DNA of 63,910 bases, the filler included. It is 6 parts of 6 records of this genome, joined end to end, with 100 filler letters (N's around TTAATTAATTAA, not from the genome) between each part and the next. Parts side by side here need not be neighbours in the genome. Positions count along the whole stretch, not along the records: positions 1 to 21,350 come from DRR723986_23949; 5 more parts are not named here. One strand, 5' to 3'. Both the position numbers and the translations under genes were made by a program. This document shows, in pieces, positions 9,804 through 18,657 of the stretch; positions within the stretch are counted from its first letter, which is position 1, and each line of letters begins with the position of its first letter. The notes beneath the pieces were generated by a model that saw only the letters and a list, made by a program, of their open reading frames with translations, had not been told where the DNA came from and searched no databases.

Positions 9804-11385
9804 CGAGATGTCAGAATATGAGTTGGACAAAGATCTGACGCGTCGCTTGCACGATCTGCAGACACCGGTGAATAACTATTTTTGCAAATGGTCTCTGCCG
9901 CAATTCACCCTGTTTCTTCTTATGTTCATGGGGCTTCTTTGGTTATTGGCAAATGTGCCCAATCGGTTTTTCAATCCCAGTGCGCTGCACGTCACCATGG
10001 TTTTGGGGACACTGGGGCTTTGGCGATTTGGGTGGTGGTTCATCCATGCGTTGCGGGCGCAGATCTATGCCCGGTTCAAGTGGCCCGGAATGCGCAAACG
10101 CGCTGATACGTTGTGGGATCAGGGGTGGCGACCCAAGCGGTTGCACATTCAGATGACCACGTATTTTGAGGAACCCTCCATTACCAAGCGGGTGGTGGGG
10201 TCAATCCTTGGGCAGATCCGCAGCGAACGGATACCAACGACGCTCTATATAGGCACTGGTAGCGCTTATGACGAACAGATCATTCGTGACTTTGTTGAAA
10301 CCTATGCACAGGATATTCCGGACGATTTGGCCAGCCTCGTTTTTGTGCGCCAAAACCAACCGGGCAAACGCATGGCTATTGGTTTGATCCTCCGAGCGAT
10401 TTGCCGGTCTGATGCAGACACAGAAGACATGGTGATCTTTATGGATGGCGATGCGCTGTTTGGGGCGAATGTGCTGCGCAATACGCTTTCGATGTTTGGC
10501 AGTGATCCAGAACTGCAGGCGCTGACCACCGACGAAGAGGTGATCTGTTATGGGCCAACTTGGATCGCCAAATGGTTGGACATGCGGTTTGCCCAACGAC
10601 GTTTGGCGATGCAAAGCCATGCCCTGTCGAACCGGGTGTTAACTCTGACTGGTCGGATGAGTGTTTTTCGCGCCCGTCATATTTTGGATGAAAAATTCAT
10701 CCGTACAGTCGAAGCCGATCATCTTGATCACTGGCTTTGGGGGCGGTTTCGGTTCCTATCGGGTGATGACAAGTCCACTTGGTACCGGTTGCTGAGTGTC
10801 GGGGCTAAGATGATCTATGTGCCCGATGCGACCGTCTATACAATCGAGGTGATCAAAGAAAATGGCCTGATGCGCATGGTGCAGAACTTTCGCCGTTGGT
10901 CGGGGAACATGCTGCGCAATGGCAGTCGTGCAATCGCTTTAGGTCCAACTGCCATGCCATTTTTTATCTGGTGGTGCATCGTTGATCAGCGGATTGCGAT
11001 GTGGACCATGATGGTCAGTCCGGTGATGGCGGTGATGGGCAGCATGATTGCGCCAGGGTATTTCTGGAACTGCATCATTTGGGTGCTGTTTTCGCGGATG
11101 GTGCTGTGCCTGTTTTTGTTTGGATACAGCCGTCGTGCGGATCTAACTTGGCCGTTTATCCTGTACTTGAATCAGGTGATTAATGCATCGGTCAAAATCT
11201 ACATGATTTTCCATCTTTCAAAACAGAAATGGTCGAACCGCGGAAACCAATCCTCCGAGACTGGAACCGGTCTGATTGAGACCTCAAAAAACGGTTTTGC
11301 AAAGTTCCAATTGCTGACAACCCTGTCAGCGTTTCTGATGCTGATCATGATGTATGTTGGGCTTATCGAAGTTCCCTTTAGATAG
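9793..11385 (+). CDS. Alg8-like GT2 mannuronan synthase
   Basis: GLWRFGW, PGKR, FMDGD (DxD), LTTDE, VLTLTGRMSVFRA, LSGDDKSTW, RRWSGNMLR..SRA, DQRIAMWT, all matching Alg8 blocks. Multiple TM helices. Confidence 0.85.
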   Translation: MMANEMSEYELDKDLTRRLHDLQTPVNNYFCKWSLPQFTLFLLMFMGLLWLLANVPNRFFNPSALHVTMVLGTLGLWRFGWWFIHALRAQIYARFKWPGMRKRADTLWDQGWRPKRLHIQMTTYFEEPSITKRVVGSILGQIRSERIPTTLYIGTGSAYDEQIIRDFVETYAQDIPDDLASLVFVRQNQPGKRMAIGLILRAICRSDADTEDMVIFMDGDALFGANVLRNTLSMFGSDPELQALTTDEEVICYGPTWIAKWLDMRFAQRRLAMQSHALSNRVLTLTGRMSVFRARHILDEKFIRTVEADHLDHWLWGRFRFLSGDDKSTWYRLLSVGAKMIYVPDATVYTIEVIKENGLMRMVQNFRRWSGNMLRNGSRAIALGPTAMPFFIWWCIVDQRIAMWTMMVSPVMAVMGSMIAPGYFWNCIIWVLFSRMVLCLFLFGYSRRADLTWPFILYLNQVINASVKIYMIFHLSKQKWSNRGNQSSETGTGLIETSKNGFAKFQLLTTLSAFLMLIMMYVGLIEVPFR

Positions 11386-11483
11386 GGTGGACTATCCTTT
11401 CGATACATCAAGTAAACGTCCGATATGAAACGGGGTATTTCCTGATTTGATAACCTGAATTTGTTCAATAAACGAGGTTTCTG

Positions 11484-12899
11484 ATGATCAATCCTGTTAT
11501 CCTTGCCGGCGGATCCGGTACACGTCTCTGGCCTGTGTCACGCAAGAGCTATCCCAAACAATTTGCAAACGTGTTGGAGGGGCAGAGCCTGTTTCAACGC
11601 ACGGTCGAACGTGTTTCTACGCCTGCGTTTTCAGCCCCAATGGTGATCACCGGAGAGGACTATAGGTTCATCGCACAGCAACAGCTAGATGCCATGGACG
11701 TAACCGCATCCGATCTTGTTGTTGAGCCGGTTGGCCGCAATACGGCGGCGGCAATTTTAACGGCGGCAATGCTACGCCAAAATGAGCCCGAGGCGGTGTT
11801 GTTGGTGTTGCCAAGTGATCATCTCATCACAGATGAAGATGCATTCCGCCGCGCGATTGTGAAAGCGGCTGAGGTGGCGCGCAAAGGGGCGATTGTGACC
11901 TTGGGCATTCAGCCTGATCATGCGTCGACCGGCTTTGGGTACCTCAAGGTCGAAGGCGGCAATGAAGAGGCGTTGTTGATCTCAGAGTTTGCGGAAAAAC
12001 CCAATGCTATGCGCGCAGTGGAAATGCTGGCCAGTGCAGGTTGGTTGTGGAATTCAGGGATGTTTTTGTTTCGGGTCGATACGGTTCTACAGGCCTTTAA
12101 GACCCATGCCCCCGAGCTTTTGGCTCCGGTCGAAGCGGCAGTGACGCTGAGCGCGCAAGATCTTGGTTTTCAACGGCTGGCAAAGGATGCATTTGCGCGC
12201 TGCCCAGACATCTCGTTTGATCATGCGATTATGGAACATATCGAGGAATGTGTTGCCTTTGAACTGGATTGTGGTTGGTCTGATCTGGGCAGTTGGGATG
12301 CGCTCAAGCAAAATGGCCTGGAGGATGAGCATGATAATGTGACCTCGGGCAATGCCACCGCGATTGACTGTCAGAACACGATGCTGAGCTCTGAGAACCC
12401 CGATAAAAAGCTGGTTGGTTTGGGGCTTAAGAATATCGTTGCTGTGGCAACGGATGACGGCATTCTGGTGGCGGATTTGGCGCAGAGTGCGAATGTCGGT
12501 CAAGTAGTGGAGACCCTCCGGGCTGAAGGGGCAACGCAAGCCGATGGGTTCCGTCGGTGTCATCGCCCATGGGGGCATTATGAGACGCTGTCGCTTGGGC
12601 CGCGATTCCAGGTGAAACGCATCATGGTGGAACCGGGCGCGAAACTGTCCCTTCAAAGCCATGTTCACCGTGCCGAACACTGGGTTGTTGTTAGTGGCTC
12701 GGCCCGGGTGACGGTTGATCACGAGGTCAAGCTTTTGTCGGAAAATGAATCCACTTATATCCCGCTTGGCGCCGTGCATCGGTTGGAGAATCCGGGCAAA
12801 TTGCCGTTGCATCTGATCGAAGTCCAATCAGGGTGCTATCTCGGTGAAGATGACATCATCCGCTACGAGGATATTTATGACCGCCTCGCAGCCGAATAG
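11484..12899 (+). CDS. manC: mannose-1-phosphate guanylyltransferase / mannose-6-phosphate isomerase (AlgA/ManC)
   Basis: ILAGGSGTRLWPVSR..PKQF, EPVGRNTA, WNSGMF, WSDLGSW, C-terminal cupin RPWG...HRAEHWVVV. Confidence 0.95.
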   Translation: MINPVILAGGSGTRLWPVSRKSYPKQFANVLEGQSLFQRTVERVSTPAFSAPMVITGEDYRFIAQQQLDAMDVTASDLVVEPVGRNTAAAILTAAMLRQNEPEAVLLVLPSDHLITDEDAFRRAIVKAAEVARKGAIVTLGIQPDHASTGFGYLKVEGGNEEALLISEFAEKPNAMRAVEMLASAGWLWNSGMFLFRVDTVLQAFKTHAPELLAPVEAAVTLSAQDLGFQRLAKDAFARCPDISFDHAIMEHIEECVAFELDCGWSDLGSWDALKQNGLEDEHDNVTSGNATAIDCQNTMLSSENPDKKLVGLGLKNIVAVATDDGILVADLAQSANVGQVVETLRAEGATQADGFRRCHRPWGHYETLSLGPRFQVKRIMVEPGAKLSLQSHVHRAEHWVVVSGSARVTVDHEVKLLSENESTYIPLGAVHRLENPGKLPLHLIEVQSGCYLGEDDIIRYEDIYDRLAAE

Positions 12900-12938
12900 G
12901 GCAGATTAACCCATTTCCTGACGTTGCACACACGACTT

Positions 12939-12974
12939 GACCCGCATGGTAAACCCACGCGGGTTTTGTCTTTT
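12939..12974 (+). terminator. intrinsic terminator between manC and algD
   Basis: GACCCGCATGG...CCACGCGGGTT stem with one mismatch, followed by a T-rich tract. Confidence 0.55.
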
Positions 12975-13094
12975 GAGAGGGCAGGTAACCCAAGGTATAG
13001 ATGGGAACTCCTTTGCGTGTTGGTTCTACCTTAATGTGCGGAATTTTATAAAAAACAACAGCTTATAAAGGTATCCAGCATGGAGGGATACGTA

Positions 13095-14489
13095 ATGGAG
13101 TATAAGAAATTTGCCTTTGGTGACGCACAGGTCGTCATTCCAGCGGGGGTGCAAAAAGCGCGTATTAGTGTCGTTGGCCTGGGATATGTCGGCGCGGTTT
13201 CAACAGCCTGTCTGGCCTCGGTTGGGCATCCGGTTGTTGGGGTCGACGTTGATCACAAAAAGATTGATCAGATTGCCCAGGGGAAAAGCCCAATTCACGA
13301 GAGCGGCCTGGCCGACTCTCTGTATCGGGGTGTCCAGAAGGGGCTGATCAGCGCAACTGATGACCTGAGTGCCGCAGTGCGCGAAACAGATGTGACTTTT
13401 GTGTCCGTTGGCACCCCGACCGCAGCAGATGGGGGGTGTGATTACAGCTATATCGAACAAGCTGCTAAATCGATGGCTGTGGGCCTGAGACAGAAAACCG
13501 GGTTTCACGTTTTTGCTATGCGATGCTCCATTCCTCCGGGCACGACAATGTCTGTCATGACCCCGATCCTTGAGCGCATGTCGGGTAAGACTGCTGGCCG
13601 GGATTTTGGTGTCTGTTTCAACCCTGAGTTTCTGCGCGAAGGCGTAGCGATCGAAGACTTCCACAACCCGCCCAAAACCGTGATTGGCACCACGGATTTA
13701 ATGACCGCTGAAATCATGCAACGCATTTATGAGCCGGTCGATGCTAAGCCCATCATGACAACAGTCGAAGTCGCAGAGACCATCAAATACGTGGATAACG
13801 TCTGGCATGCCACCAAGGTGTGTTTCGCCAACGAGGTGGGGCGCCTGTGCAAACCCCTTGGGGTGGATAGCCATGCAGTGATGGATATTTTCACGCAGGA
13901 TCAAAAACTGAATCTGTCCGCCTATTATCTGAAGCCGGGTTTTGCCTATGGCGGTTCGTGTCTGCCCAAAGAGGTGCGCGCGGTGCAGCACATCGCGCAG
14001 AGCTTGGGGGTTTCACTGCCTTTGATCGCTAATCTGGACCGGTCCAATCAGGAACAGATTGATCAGGCGACCCAAATGGTCCGGGACACTGGTGCAAAAC
14101 GTGTCGGTATTTTGGGTTTGGCATTCAAGCCGGGTACGGATGATCTGCGTGAAAGTCCGATATTGGAAGTGATGGCCCACCTGCAAGCAGAAGGAGTCGA
14201 GGTGGTCGCACATGACATGGCGGTCAGCAAAGATACTCCTCTGGGTGGCCTAGAAAGCTATGTGCGTCATGGCAGCAAGGGGCTGGGTCAGCTGGCCGGA
14301 TCGCTAAAGGACATGCTGCGCGACGACGTCGCCGATGTCTTGGCGCAAACGGACGCCGTCATCGTTTGCCACAACAATGCCACGTACCGAAAAGCTGTGA
14401 CGGACAATCCCGATACCCCGGTCATCGATGTGGTGCGCCTGTTTCATGACACCCCAGAGAACTCAATGGTTAGCGGCATTGGCTGGTAA
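13095..14489 (+). CDS. algD: GDP-mannose 6-dehydrogenase (AlgD-like)
   Basis: GLGYVG, FNPEFLRE, NVWHATKVCFANE, LNLSAYYLKPGFAYGGSCLPK (catalytic Cys), FKPGTDDLRESP. C-terminal GIGW resembles AlgD. GGAGGG RBS before ATG 13095. Confidence 0.85.
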   Translation: MEYKKFAFGDAQVVIPAGVQKARISVVGLGYVGAVSTACLASVGHPVVGVDVDHKKIDQIAQGKSPIHESGLADSLYRGVQKGLISATDDLSAAVRETDVTFVSVGTPTAADGGCDYSYIEQAAKSMAVGLRQKTGFHVFAMRCSIPPGTTMSVMTPILERMSGKTAGRDFGVCFNPEFLREGVAIEDFHNPPKTVIGTTDLMTAEIMQRIYEPVDAKPIMTTVEVAETIKYVDNVWHATKVCFANEVGRLCKPLGVDSHAVMDIFTQDQKLNLSAYYLKPGFAYGGSCLPKEVRAVQHIAQSLGVSLPLIANLDRSNQEQIDQATQMVRDTGAKRVGILGLAFKPGTDDLRESPILEVMAHLQAEGVEVVAHDMAVSKDTPLGGLESYVRHGSKGLGQLAGSLKDMLRDDVADVLAQTDAVIVCHNNATYRKAVTDNPDTPVIDVVRLFHDTPENSMVSGIGW

Positions 14490-14524
14490 ACGCTGAATCG
14501 TCCCAAAGAGAAAGAGTGAACGCA

Positions 14525-17134
14525 ATGAGTACAGAGACATCAAATTTAGTAACTGGAACAGGGCTATCTGATCTTGCTGATGGCACCGGCCAAATCGATG
14601 TAATGGTTGGCCTTGCTGGGAACGACAGCCTGAATGGTCTGGCCGGGGATGACACGATCTATGGGGACTACGCCTCAGACAACCTGTTGGAAGGCACAGA
14701 AGGGGCAACCGCTTTTTCAGATTATGCTGCCAGCAGCGATTGGATCGTGTCCGCTCTTGAGGGGGGGCATCAGCAGATGACCCAAAGCATCACAACCGAA
14801 ATTGGGGGCGTGTATAATCTGGAGTTTGAACTGGCGGCGAATTTTGCTGGTGGGCACCCCGGCGCGGCGGTTGAGGTGCTTGTGAACGGCAATGTCATCG
14901 CCGCGCATTCGTCTCAAAGCGGGGCGTTTGGGGAAAATAACGTACAATTCACCGCCCAAAATGTCATATCTGACATCACGATCCGTTCGGTGTCGTATGA
15001 GGGCGACGGACCTGTTATCGATACCTCTGGACCAGCCTTTCATTACGATAAAGAGATCCAAATCGGCGGCCAGACCGTGACGGTTGCCGCCTTTGCCGAT
15101 GGCCAGTCAAATCTGTACCAAGTGTTGAATGGCACGTTGCATGTGTTTGATGTCGAAACCCAAAGCTATGAAGTGGCAGGCGCGCAAGCGACAGTGAATG
15201 TCAATTCCCTTGGCTATAACGCCGAAGATGATTTGCTGTACGCAATCGCGGTTGGCACCGGGGTCGACGCGCTGGGCGTGCCAATTGCACGTGCCGATTT
15301 GGTGATGATCGACGCCGAAGGTCATAGCTATCGTGTCGGCGAGACACCCTATCGGTCCTGGACCGGTGATTTTGATGATCAGGGTAATTTATGGTCATTC
15401 CAATCCAGCATGGATCATGTTGCCGTCATAGACGTGGATCAGTTCACGCCTGCTGGTGACCCTGTGGTCACGATCCATAAAATGCCCAGGGATCTGGTGG
15501 ATGTCCGGGTTTATGATGTTGCCTTTGATGTTGCGACACAATCCTTTTATGGCGTGGCAAGGCCATCCGCCGAAGGGGCGGATACCGTTCTTTTGGTGGT
15601 CGATATCTCAAGCGGGGCACCAGAGTTCAGCACGATTTCTGTCACCTCGACCGTGGTCGATGGTGTGGCGCTGAATGGGGCGCCTGCCATGACATTTGGG
15701 GCGGCAATCATCGACGCGGATGGCATTCTCTACGTGGGTGGCAATTCAGGTGACCACGATATGGACAATGCCACCGAAAGTTCAGGCGCGATTTATCGTG
15801 TCGTGATTGACCCGACAACGAATGAGGCCAGCCTGCATCTGATCGAAACGGCCCCTAGGTCGTATTCCAATGATGGTGCTGCGGACCCGACAGCAGAAAG
15901 CCCCTTTGCGGATGTCGACCTGGAGTCCAGTGTTTTGATCCGAGATGTGTCACTGGTGGCGACGACCGAAGGCGAATTGAGCTATGACGATGTGCTGGCA
16001 GGCAACGCCGGACACGATTCCCTGCTAGGTGGCATCGGGGCGGATACGCTTGTCGGTGGCAGCGCGGGGGACATTCTGACCGGCGGTTCCGAGGCCGACA
16101 ATCTGCACGGTGGGGCAGGGGCGAACAGCAGCAGTGCAATTGTCTCGAGCTATGACGACACCGGATTACGATATGATCAGTATGGCAACCTTTTGGCAGA
16201 GGATGATGATTTACTGCTGGGCGGCGAGGGCATGGATACGCTTGCTGGATCTGCTGGGCATGACACGCTTGATGGCGGGATGTCGGATGATGTGCTTTCG
16301 GGGGGGTCAGGGTCAGACAGCTTGCTGGGTGGGTTGGGGCGCGATCACCTAACCGGTGGATCCGAAGACGACGCGCTTGAGGGCGGTGCTGGGCAAGATA
16401 CGCTGGACGGTGGGTCAGGCGCAGATGTTCTGATGGGCGGCGAAGGGGATGACCACATGTCCGGAGGGTCGGGTGATGATGAGCTTTTTGCAGGCCTTGG
16501 GAGTGATATGCTTTTTGGTGGGGCGGGCGACGACACACTAGCTGGCCAAGAGCGGGGTGATCTGCTGAACGGTGGATCCGGTCAGGATGTACTGGTGGGC
16601 GGGGCAGGGGATGACCAGCTCAAAGGTGGGTCCGGAAATGACACCCTGGATGGGGGCACAGGAAAGGACACCCTTGAGGGAGGTTCAGGTCATGATGTTC
16701 TGTCAGGAGGCGAAGGTCAGGACACGCTTAAGGGTGGCAGTGGTGATGACCTGTTGAGTGGCGGAGTGGGGCGCGATTATCTGAACGGTGCATCTGGTGA
16801 CGATACGTTGGATGGTGGGGCTGGCAACGACCGGCTCTATCTGGGGGCTGGTAACGATCTGGCAACCGGCGGGGCCGATGCGGACCGGTTTGTGTTTCGC
16901 GCCGAGGATTTGGATGGATCAACTGACATCATCACTGATTTTTCGGTGGCAGAGGGCGACCGGCTGGACCTGAGAGGGTTGGATATCAACTCAGATGCGT
17001 CAGTTTGGTTTGCAACCAATGTGACCATGACAGGAGAGGCAGATGTTGCAATCACACTCGGCCAAGACACTCTGCTGCTGTTGACGGGGGCCGCTGAAGA
17101 TATCGGCCAACTGTACGAGAGCATCCTGTTCTAA
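14525..17134 (+). CDS. type I secreted RTX calcium-binding protein with central beta-rich domains
   Basis: Many GGxGxDxL nonapeptides in the C-terminal third, T1SS-type tail (DRFVF...DIITDF...DRLDL), acidic beta-rich middle region. Confidence 0.85.
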   Translation: MSTETSNLVTGTGLSDLADGTGQIDVMVGLAGNDSLNGLAGDDTIYGDYASDNLLEGTEGATAFSDYAASSDWIVSALEGGHQQMTQSITTEIGGVYNLEFELAANFAGGHPGAAVEVLVNGNVIAAHSSQSGAFGENNVQFTAQNVISDITIRSVSYEGDGPVIDTSGPAFHYDKEIQIGGQTVTVAAFADGQSNLYQVLNGTLHVFDVETQSYEVAGAQATVNVNSLGYNAEDDLLYAIAVGTGVDALGVPIARADLVMIDAEGHSYRVGETPYRSWTGDFDDQGNLWSFQSSMDHVAVIDVDQFTPAGDPVVTIHKMPRDLVDVRVYDVAFDVATQSFYGVARPSAEGADTVLLVVDISSGAPEFSTISVTSTVVDGVALNGAPAMTFGAAIIDADGILYVGGNSGDHDMDNATESSGAIYRVVIDPTTNEASLHLIETAPRSYSNDGAADPTAESPFADVDLESSVLIRDVSLVATTEGELSYDDVLAGNAGHDSLLGGIGADTLVGGSAGDILTGGSEADNLHGGAGANSSSAIVSSYDDTGLRYDQYGNLLAEDDDLLLGGEGMDTLAGSAGHDTLDGGMSDDVLSGGSGSDSLLGGLGRDHLTGGSEDDALEGGAGQDTLDGGSGADVLMGGEGDDHMSGGSGDDELFAGLGSDMLFGGAGDDTLAGQERGDLLNGGSGQDVLVGGAGDDQLKGGSGNDTLDGGTGKDTLEGGSGHDVLSGGEGQDTLKGGSGDDLLSGGVGRDYLNGASGDDTLDGGAGNDRLYLGAGNDLATGGADADRFVFRAEDLDGSTDIITDFSVAEGDRLDLRGLDINSDASVWFATNVTMTGEADVAITLGQDTLLLLTGAAEDIGQLYESILF

Positions 17135-17157
17135 ATCGATGTTTTCAAAGACGTGGG

Positions 17158-17772
17158 TTATTCAAAGCCTGCGTCTTTGGCGATCAACGCTGCTTGGGTC
17201 CGGTTCTTGGCATTCAATTTCTTACACAGGGTACGCACGTGCAACTTGATCGTGACCTCTTGCAGGTTAAGTTCGCGTGCGATTTCTTTGTTGGATCGGC
17301 CCTGACACAATCCACCCAGAACCTGGCGTTCGCGCTCGCTCAACTGCTTGGTAAATTCGGTCTCTGGTGTTTCGCCTGTGTCGCCCAGGACGCTGGCAGG
17401 TACAAAAGTTTCACCAGCGATCATGAACCGGACTGCATTCACAAGCGACTTGGCGCCCATGGTTTTCGGGATGAACCCTATTGCGCCAGACTCCACGGCC
17501 TCTTGCGCTATGCGATTTGGGGCCGTGCCGCTTAGAATTGCAAACGCTTGGTCGGGATACTTTTTAATGGCGTCATGCAGGCCATCCAGGCCATTCATGC
17601 CCGGCATACTGAAATCCAAAAGGACCAGGTCAAACGGCCCCTTAGCGGCCAGTGTTTTCATCGCGCTGACATAATCTGCATCGCTGTGAACTGCGGCACG
17701 CCCCTCGGTTTCGAGGTAGGCAGAGATTGTATCTCGTACCATTTCATGATCATCGGCAAGCAAAATGCGCAT
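17158..17772 (-). CDS. NarL/LuxR-family response regulator
   Basis: MRILLADDH, DLVLLDFSMPG, GFIPK, C-terminal LSERE...GRSNKEIARELNLQEVTIKLHV. True start is ATG 17772. Confidence 0.95.
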   Translation of the reverse strand: MRILLADDHEMVRDTISAYLETEGRAAVHSDADYVSAMKTLAAKGPFDLVLLDFSMPGMNGLDGLHDAIKKYPDQAFAILSGTAPNRIAQEAVESGAIGFIPKTMGAKSLVNAVRFMIAGETFVPASVLGDTGETPETEFTKQLSERERQVLGGLCQGRSNKEIARELNLQEVTIKLHVRTLCKKLNAKNRTQAALIAKDAGFE

Positions 17773-18022
17773 GGATACCAAAGGTCCTGAATTAATGAAT
17801 TTATCCTGTTGTAACGCGCCCGGATAAGTTGATCTAGGTAAAGTTCCTTTTCCGTTCGAAAGTGACAAATTCATTGTGCTTCCTTTTATGAAAACCCAGT
17901 GATCTTTTCGCGACCGCACGTCGCTTAAGACTATACTGACTATACCTATAAAAGTTTACACCGTGTGAACCGTTGTGGATTTGCACTTCGGATCAACAGA
18001 TATACCCTTTTGAAGGCCCCAC

Positions 18023-18038
18023 CTATACGAAAGTATAG
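18023..18038. promoter_or_regulatory. palindromic operator CTATAC-N4-GTATAG in the divergent regulator/kinase intergenic region
   Basis: Perfect inverted repeat CTATACgaaaGTATAG. Extra CTATAC half-sites at 17931 and 17940. Confidence 0.55.
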
Positions 18039-18126
18039 TCGCCTAACCCGATGAACGCCCCGTGGGGCTGCACTTGGTTCTAATGTCGTTGTCATCAAGC
18101 CCGACTCCCATAGAGGTTGACGCGAT

Positions 18127-18621
18127 ATGACAGGCCTATTCAAAGCGATAGCTACAGCCGCTCTCATTTCCTTTGCGACATCAGGGTTGTCTGACGATGT
18201 TGTTCTGACAGTGACAGGTGACACCGCCCCATCTGAGCAGGGTGATGTCTGGACATTTAATCTGAACGCTTTGCAGATGTTGCCGGAAACCACTTTTGAA
18301 ACCACCACCATATGGACCGACGGTGTTCAAGCGTTCGAGGGCATCTCTCTTGCTGATTTAATGTCTCATGTCGGGGCCAGACAAGGCGAAATCCTTGCGG
18401 TTGCATTGAATGACTATGCGGTTAAAATTCCAACATCGGATGCCGTCAAGGGCGGGGCCATCATTGCTTACAGACGTGGGGGGGCAGAAATGTCCATACG
18501 AGATCGCGGGCCATTGTGGGTCGTTTATCCGTTCGACGGTAACGAAAAATACAAATCTGAGGAATATTATTCACGCAGCATTTGGCAACTTGATCGCATC
18601 GAGTTTATTGCTCAGAATTGA
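18127..18621 (+). CDS. periplasmic molybdopterin-oxidoreductase-fold protein (COG3915-like), kinase-associated
   Basis: Signal peptide; TTTIWT, F.GI.L, ALNDY, MSIRDRGPLWVVYP, RSIWQL motifs. Confidence 0.8.
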   Translation: MTGLFKAIATAALISFATSGLSDDVVLTVTGDTAPSEQGDVWTFNLNALQMLPETTFETTTIWTDGVQAFEGISLADLMSHVGARQGEILAVALNDYAVKIPTSDAVKGGAIIAYRRGGAEMSIRDRGPLWVVYPFDGNEKYKSEEYYSRSIWQLDRIEFIAQN

Positions 18622-18657
18622 AGTGAGGTCGACATTTCCACACCTTCATTCCCTCAT

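Noticed and set aside
15990-16890. 27-bp periodic repeats
   Set aside because: These are RTX GGxGxDxL nonapeptide codons within the RTX gene.
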